Below are positions 59,347 to 64,000 of a stretch of DNA of 64,000 nt, in pieces; the stretch's first letter is position 1; every line of letters begins with the position of its first letter. Below the pieces are notes generated by a model. The model saw only the letters and a list, made by a program, of their open reading frames with translations. It was not told the DNA's origin and made no database searches. The DNA lies in contig JBOFIK010000052.1 of NCBI GenBank assembly GCA_051650125.1, positions 1 through 64,000 on the forward strand, written 5' to 3'. Source of the stretch: Sarcina sp. GTDB lineage: Bacteria; Bacillota; Clostridia; Clostridiales; Clostridiaceae. Both the position numbers and the translations under genes were made by a program.

Positions 59347-59430
59347 ATTTTCTTCCCCCTGTTATTTAAAATAATTCTTGCTCTAAATAAAAATAGAATA
59401 CCAAAATAAACTTATCTGGTATTCTCTAAA

Positions 59431-59985
59431 TTAAAGATATTCTTTTTTTAGACTACCTTTTCTAATTCTTGTTTTTGAATATGAGTAAATAAGTATTGTA
59501 CCTAAAACTCCACAAGTAATAGTATTTGCTACACCAGCAACTGCTGCTTGTATATAAACTTTTTCGATCGGCTCTTTGTATAGAACAAAATCTAAAGTTG
59601 GAGCAACAAATCCCCAAGCAATAGCATTCGCAACTATTTGATATATGTTATATATAATCATTTGCTTTTTCTCAAAAATACCATCTGAAATTTTAATTCT
59701 TTTACTAGCAAAACCAATAATAAGTCCCATAACTGCTGATGCAATAATCCAACTAAACCATGGTGAACCATAAGTTAAGTCTTTTAGAGTATGTCCTAAA
59801 AATCCAATAGCAAAAGCTGTCTTAGGTCCATAAATAACTGCCATCAAAGCTAAGAATGCATAACATGTAGCAAATTCTGTATTAGGAATCCCTGTTGGAA
59901 TTGCTGCAAAACGACCAAGTATCATAAATACAGCAGCACCAATACCAATAGCAACTACTTTATTAATAGTTAATCCTTTTTTCAT
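59431..59985 (-). CDS. ECF transporter substrate-specific (S) component
   Basis: Six TM, 184 aa, first gene of the S / A-A' / T operon. Confidence 0.65.
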   Translation of the reverse strand: MKKGLTINKVVAIGIGAAVFMILGRFAAIPTGIPNTEFATCYAFLALMAVIYGPKTAFAIGFLGHTLKDLTYGSPWFSWIIASAVMGLIIGFASKRIKISDGIFEKKQMIIYNIYQIVANAIAWGFVAPTLDFVLYKEPIEKVYIQAAVAGVANTITCGVLGTILIYSYSKTRIRKGSLKKEYL

Positions 59986-60097
59986 CTTAATGTCCTTTAA
60001 AAGTAGATTTTTGTTAACTTATATTCTTTTTTTCGACATAAATTAACACCTTTTTATATTACATTAAATCCCCTCATAAAACAATAAAATATACAAA

Positions 60098-60140
60098 AAA
60101 AGATAGACAAACATTCAAAAAGTTTATCTATCTTTCGTAT
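60098..60140 (-). terminator. Terminator downstream of fruA
   Basis: On the minus strand: agatagataaac-tttttgaat-gtttgtctatct ttttttt. Confidence 0.7.
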
Positions 60141-60148
60141 TTTCTTTT

Positions 60149-62017
60149 TTATTTAATTTTCTTTTTTAAAACTGATAATACTAACATACCAACAATTGAC
60201 CCTACTAGTAGTGCTACAAAGTAGCCTATTGGGTTTGCTATTACTGGTAAAACAAAAATTCCACCATGAGGTGCTCTAAGTGAACATTCAAATAACATTG
60301 ATAATGCACCTGCTGTTGTTGAGCCTACAACACATGCTGGAATTATTCTTAACGGATCTGCTGCTGCAAAAGGTATTGCTCCCTCTGTTATAAAAGCAAA
60401 TCCCATTATATAGTTTGTAATTCCTGATTTTCTTTCACTCTCTGTAAATCTATTTTTAAAGAATGTTGTGCAAAGTGCAATTGCAAGAGGAGGTACCATA
60501 CCACCAATCATAACTGCTGCCATAAATTCAAATTGTCCACTAGCAAGTGATGCTGTTCCAAAAACATATGCTGCTTTATTTATAGGCCCACCCATATCAA
60601 TCGCCATCATTCCCCCTAAAACTGCTCCAAGTAAAACTTTACTACTCTCTCCCATACTATTCAAGAAATTTGTGATTCCTGTATTAGCTGCTGCTACTGG
60701 AGGATTTACAAGGAATACTATAATAGCTCCTATTAATAATATACCAAGGAAAGGATATAATAATACAGGTTTTAAACCTTCTAAACTATTAGGTAAGAAA
60801 TTCAGTACTTTCTTTAATCCAAGCATTACGTAACCTGCTATAAACCCTGCAAGTAACGCCCCTAAGAAACCCGATCCCCCTATGTTAGCAAGCATACCCC
60901 CAACAAATCCGACAGCAAGACCTGGTCTATCTGCAATACTCATTGCAATATAACCTGCTAAAACTGGTAGCATAAATCCAAATGCTTGATCTCCCACAGT
61001 TTTTAGAAATGCTGCAAACTCTGTGTTACTTCCAAATGTAGCTGGATTAATACTATAATCATCAAATAAGAATGCTAAAGCTATTAATATTCCTCCACCA
61101 ATTACGAAAGGTAACATATGTGATACACCATTCATTAAGTGCTTATAAATTTGTCTTCCTATTGTCTCTTTTTCATCACTTATTTCCTCACTGCTACCTT
61201 CTGTATGGTGATAAAAATTAGCTTTTCCATCTCTAGCTTTATTTATTAACTCATCTGCTTTGTGTATTCCATTTGCAACCTTAGTTTGTATAACTTTTTT
61301 ACCATCAAATCTAGCCATATCAACTTTTTTATCAGCTGCTATAATTATGCACTCAGCCTCTTCTATCTCTTTTTTAGTTAAAACATTTTTTGCCCCACCA
61401 GAACCATTTGTTTCTACTTTTATTGTAACACCCATTTCTTTAGCTTTTTTCTCTAAACTTTCCGCTGCCATAAATGTGTGAGCTATGCCTGTTGGGCAAG
61501 CTGTAACAGCTAAAACTTTATAGCCACTATCATTATTTTCTTCTTCTTCTTTATTTAATTTTTCATTTTCTTTAGCATCAATTAACTGTAAAAATTTTTC
61601 AACAGAATTTGCATTTAATAATGATTTTTTAAATTCCTCATCCATAAGCAGTGTTGCTAATCTTGCTAAAACTTCTAAATGTGTATTATTCTCACCATCT
61701 GGTGCTGCTATCATAAAGAATAAATGAGCCGGCTCTCCATCTAGGGAATCATAATCAACCCCCTCTCTTATAATCATTGAACTAAGACTTGCCTTTTCAA
61801 CCGCTTTTGTTTTAGCATGAGGAATTGCAATACCGCCCCCTATACCCGTTGTACTTAAAACTTCTCTTTCTAAAATAGCATTCTTATACTCTTCTTTGTC
61901 ATTTAAATTTCCTGACTTATCCATTAAATTAATTAAAGTATTTATTGCTTCTTCTTTAGTTGTAATTTCCGGATTTATTGCAATACTATTTTTTGATAGT
62001 AAGTCTATAATTCTCAT
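60149..62017 (-). CDS. fruA: PTS fructose-specific EIIABC
   Basis: N-terminal IIA(Fru/Mtl type), IIB(Fru) with CPTGIAHT, and a C-terminal IIC. Confidence 0.85.
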   Translation of the reverse strand: MRIIDLLSKNSIAINPEITTKEEAINTLINLMDKSGNLNDKEEYKNAILEREVLSTTGIGGGIAIPHAKTKAVEKASLSSMIIREGVDYDSLDGEPAHLFFMIAAPDGENNTHLEVLARLATLLMDEEFKKSLLNANSVEKFLQLIDAKENEKLNKEEEENNDSGYKVLAVTACPTGIAHTFMAAESLEKKAKEMGVTIKVETNGSGGAKNVLTKKEIEEAECIIIAADKKVDMARFDGKKVIQTKVANGIHKADELINKARDGKANFYHHTEGSSEEISDEKETIGRQIYKHLMNGVSHMLPFVIGGGILIALAFLFDDYSINPATFGSNTEFAAFLKTVGDQAFGFMLPVLAGYIAMSIADRPGLAVGFVGGMLANIGGSGFLGALLAGFIAGYVMLGLKKVLNFLPNSLEGLKPVLLYPFLGILLIGAIIVFLVNPPVAAANTGITNFLNSMGESSKVLLGAVLGGMMAIDMGGPINKAAYVFGTASLASGQFEFMAAVMIGGMVPPLAIALCTTFFKNRFTESERKSGITNYIMGFAFITEGAIPFAAADPLRIIPACVVGSTTAGALSMLFECSLRAPHGGIFVLPVIANPIGYFVALLVGSIVGMLVLSVLKKKIK

Positions 62018-62053
62018 TTAGTTCATCCCCTTATTTTTTTATAATATATCTTT

Positions 62054-62959
62054 TCACTTAATTTGATCTAATAATTCAAATACTTTTTTTCTTGTTGCAA
62101 GTCCCTTTGAAAATGCACTTGCACTACCAGTAGCAACTCCTAATTTAAAAGCTTCTTCAAAATTTTCGTTTTTTAAATATCCTGCTATGAAACCACCTAC
62201 CATTGAATCTCCAGCCCCAACAGAATTTATTAATTTACCCTTAGGAACTTCACTTTTCAAAATTTCACCATTTTCAGTAATAAATATCGCTCCCTCACTA
62301 GCCATAGATATTAACACATTTTTTGCCCCTAAATTTTGTAACTTTTTAGCATACGTAATTATATCATCTTCTGATGAAATCTTTACGTTAAATATTTCTG
62401 CTAATTCATGATGATTAGGTTTTATTAAAAACGGCTTATATTTTAAAACATTTAAAAGCAACTCACCTGTTGCATCTACTACAAACTTAATCCCCTTACC
62501 TTCCAATCTAGCCATGATATTTTCATAAATATCTTTTGGTAAACTATTCGGTATACTGCCTGCTAAAACTAATATATCTCCAACTTTTAGACCTTCTAAT
62601 TTTTTAAATAACATTTCTATATCTTTCAAATTTATATTAGGTCCTTGTCCATTTATTTCTGATTCTTCAGTAGACTTTAATTTTATATTTATTCTTGATA
62701 ATCCATTTTCTAACTTAATAAAATCTGTATCACACCCCTGAACTTTTACCTGTCTTTCAATTTCATCTCCTGTAAATCCAGCTACATATCCTAATGCTTT
62801 ACTTTCAATCCCTAAATTTTTCAAAACAATTGAAACATTGATTCCCTTCCCTCCTGCATATATCTCCTCCTCGCTTGTTCTGTTCACTCTCCCTAAATCT
62901 AAATCATGAACACTTACAATATAATCAAGTGCTGGATTAAATGTTATTGTGTATATCAT
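62054..62959 (-). CDS. fruK: 1-phosphofructokinase (PfkB family)
   Basis: MIYTITFNPALD N-terminus. GAGD motif near the C-terminus. Confidence 0.85.
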   Translation of the reverse strand: MIYTITFNPALDYIVSVHDLDLGRVNRTSEEEIYAGGKGINVSIVLKNLGIESKALGYVAGFTGDEIERQVKVQGCDTDFIKLENGLSRINIKLKSTEESEINGQGPNINLKDIEMLFKKLEGLKVGDILVLAGSIPNSLPKDIYENIMARLEGKGIKFVVDATGELLLNVLKYKPFLIKPNHHELAEIFNVKISSEDDIITYAKKLQNLGAKNVLISMASEGAIFITENGEILKSEVPKGKLINSVGAGDSMVGGFIAGYLKNENFEEAFKLGVATGSASAFSKGLATRKKVFELLDQIK

Positions 62960-63717
62960 ATCTTTTTCACCTCTATAACTTCTGTTTCTTCCTTTATCAA
63001 TTCCTTATTTTTATTTAAATCATCAGTCGTAATTATTCTTGCATCTTCTATATTTGAAAATGTTACATTACTATTCTTATCAAATTTTGAATTATCAATT
63101 AAAATATAAGCATTTGTAGTTCTTTTTATAGCTTCTTGTTTTACTAAGGCTTCTTTAATTTCAGGAGTCATATACCCTTTTTCAATTGAAACTCCATTAG
63201 TTCCAAAAAATCCTTTTGTAAAATTATATTTTTGAAGTGCGTTTATTGCTTCTATTCCTATAATAGCCTGTGTTGATCCTTTAATCTCACCCCCAAGCAT
63301 ATAAACTTCATAACCTCTTCTTGCTAACTTTTGAGCTTGATTAATTCCATTTGTTACATAAACTACTTTATCTACCTCTATGTACTCAATTAGCAATTCT
63401 GTTGTTGTTCCTGCATCAATATAAACAAAATCATCTTCCTCTATATAACTTGCTGCTTTTTTCGCTATAAGCTTCTTTTCTTCTATATTAATGTTTTTTC
63501 TTAAATTAACATCATCATCTTTCGACTTAAAGCTTTCTATTATAGATGTTGCCCCACCATGAATTTTTTTTAATTTCCCTTGTTTATCTAAAGCATTTAA
63601 ATCTCTTCTTATTGTAGACTCTGATGTATTTAAAGTTTCAACTAAACTTGAAACTTGCACACTACCATTTTTATTTAATTCATCTAAAATTATCCTGTGT
63701 CGTTTCGTTGTTAACAT
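62956..63717 (-). CDS. fruR: DeoR-family transcriptional regulator of the fructose operon
   Basis: N-terminal HTH (RHRIILDELNKNGSVQVSSLVETLNTSESTIRRDL) plus a DeoR C-terminal sugar-phosphate-binding domain. 4-nt overlap with fruK. Confidence 0.85.
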   Translation of the reverse strand: MLTTKRHRIILDELNKNGSVQVSSLVETLNTSESTIRRDLNALDKQGKLKKIHGGATSIIESFKSKDDDVNLRKNINIEEKKLIAKKAASYIEEDDFVYIDAGTTTELLIEYIEVDKVVYVTNGINQAQKLARRGYEVYMLGGEIKGSTQAIIGIEAINALQKYNFTKGFFGTNGVSIEKGYMTPEIKEALVKQEAIKRTTNAYILIDNSKFDKNSNVTFSNIEDARIITTDDLNKNKELIKEETEVIEVKKI

Positions 63718-63766
63718 TTATATCACTTCCCTTATTTTATTTTACAATCATTATCAATCAAAATCA

Positions 63767-63823
63767 ATCATTTTCAGTCATTTCTTTTTTTAATTTTCTA
63801 TGAATAAATCATTTTCAGTCATT
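63767..63823. promoter_or_regulatory. Two 17-bp direct repeats (ATCATTTTCAGTCATT) in the fruR promoter region, candidate DeoR/FruR operators
   Basis: Copies at 63767-63783 and 63808-63823, plus additional AATCA iterations upstream. Confidence 0.35.
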
Positions 63824-64000
63824 CTAATTTTATTTTTCCATATTTTACTCTTCACATATTAAAAATAAGTATCTATACACTAATACTAACTTTTATTATT
63901 AAACATAAGGATAATAATAAAAAATAGCATATTAACTCTTAAATTACGCGCAGCTAATTCACTTAACTTTGAAATTTACCTTTTCTGCTATTTATCATTT

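Noticed and set aside
59986-60148. Possible TPP riboswitch in front of the ECF S-A-A'-T operon (ykoEDC-like organisation)
   Set aside because: Reverse-complement inspection shows no CUGAGA / ACCUGAUCUGGAUAAUGCCAGCG blocks. The region instead contains the fruA terminator.
1-64000. tRNA, rRNA, CRISPR arrays
   Set aside because: No cloverleaf-compatible GTTCGAATC-type T-arm sequences, no rRNA-like GC-rich blocks and no regularly spaced direct repeats were seen.

Overview
This is a low-GC (about 27 %) Firmicute chromosomal window, Clostridium-like in codon usage and gene content. I found no rRNA, tRNA or CRISPR. The backbone is ordinary metabolism and transport.

Main backbone genes and operons:
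- An aquaporin and a HelD-type helicase.
- An alpha-glucoside PTS operon on the minus strand: LacI regulator, GH13 alpha-glucosidase, EIICB, and an EEP/MapP-like phosphatase.
- An MFS drug exporter, a DEAD-box helicase and glyoxalase I.
- A ClC channel with a TrkA-C tail.
- QueT preceded by a preQ1-I-like aptamer.
- A long flotillin and RlmI.
- An MBOAT / DHHW / DUF4358 / SGNH acylation cluster.
- A rhodanese, a GreA-like factor, a Cys-type sulfatase and a YhaM-type cysteine desulfidase.
- An ECF transporter (S, fused A-A', T) and a fruR-fruK-fruA operon.

Accessory or unusual content:
1. A roughly 4.7 kb insertion at 52.1-56.9 kb, bounded by 55-bp direct repeats that duplicate the ecfT 3' end and its terminator. 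It carries a 1223-aa secreted protein with the architecture 2xCBM3-like, FN3-like, TSP3 calcium-binding repeats, VWA and a class-3-lipase-like alpha/beta hydrolase. It sits next to a family of three paralogous small polytopic membrane proteins plus one truncated copy.
2. A tandem duplication at 16.6-17.3 kb. Each copy carries its own RBS, a roughly 50-aa CxxC...CxxC zinc-ribbon protein gene and a terminator. Both genes are absent from the ORF track.
3. A 25-Cys protein containing (SCD)n 9-bp tandem repeats and a (CAA)7 poly-Q tract.
4. A stand-alone membrane-anchored EndoU-like RNase domain protein.
5. A frameshifted YjbQ-family pseudogene.
6. A degenerate SDR-like pseudo-enzyme.
7. A second UppS-type cis-prenyltransferase next to a CrtI-like oxidoreductase.
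8. Paralogous DUF1648 (SdpI-like) proteins flanking a YkgJ-Cys-cluster/pentapeptide fusion protein.

Several start codons in the six-frame track were revised from RBS evidence.
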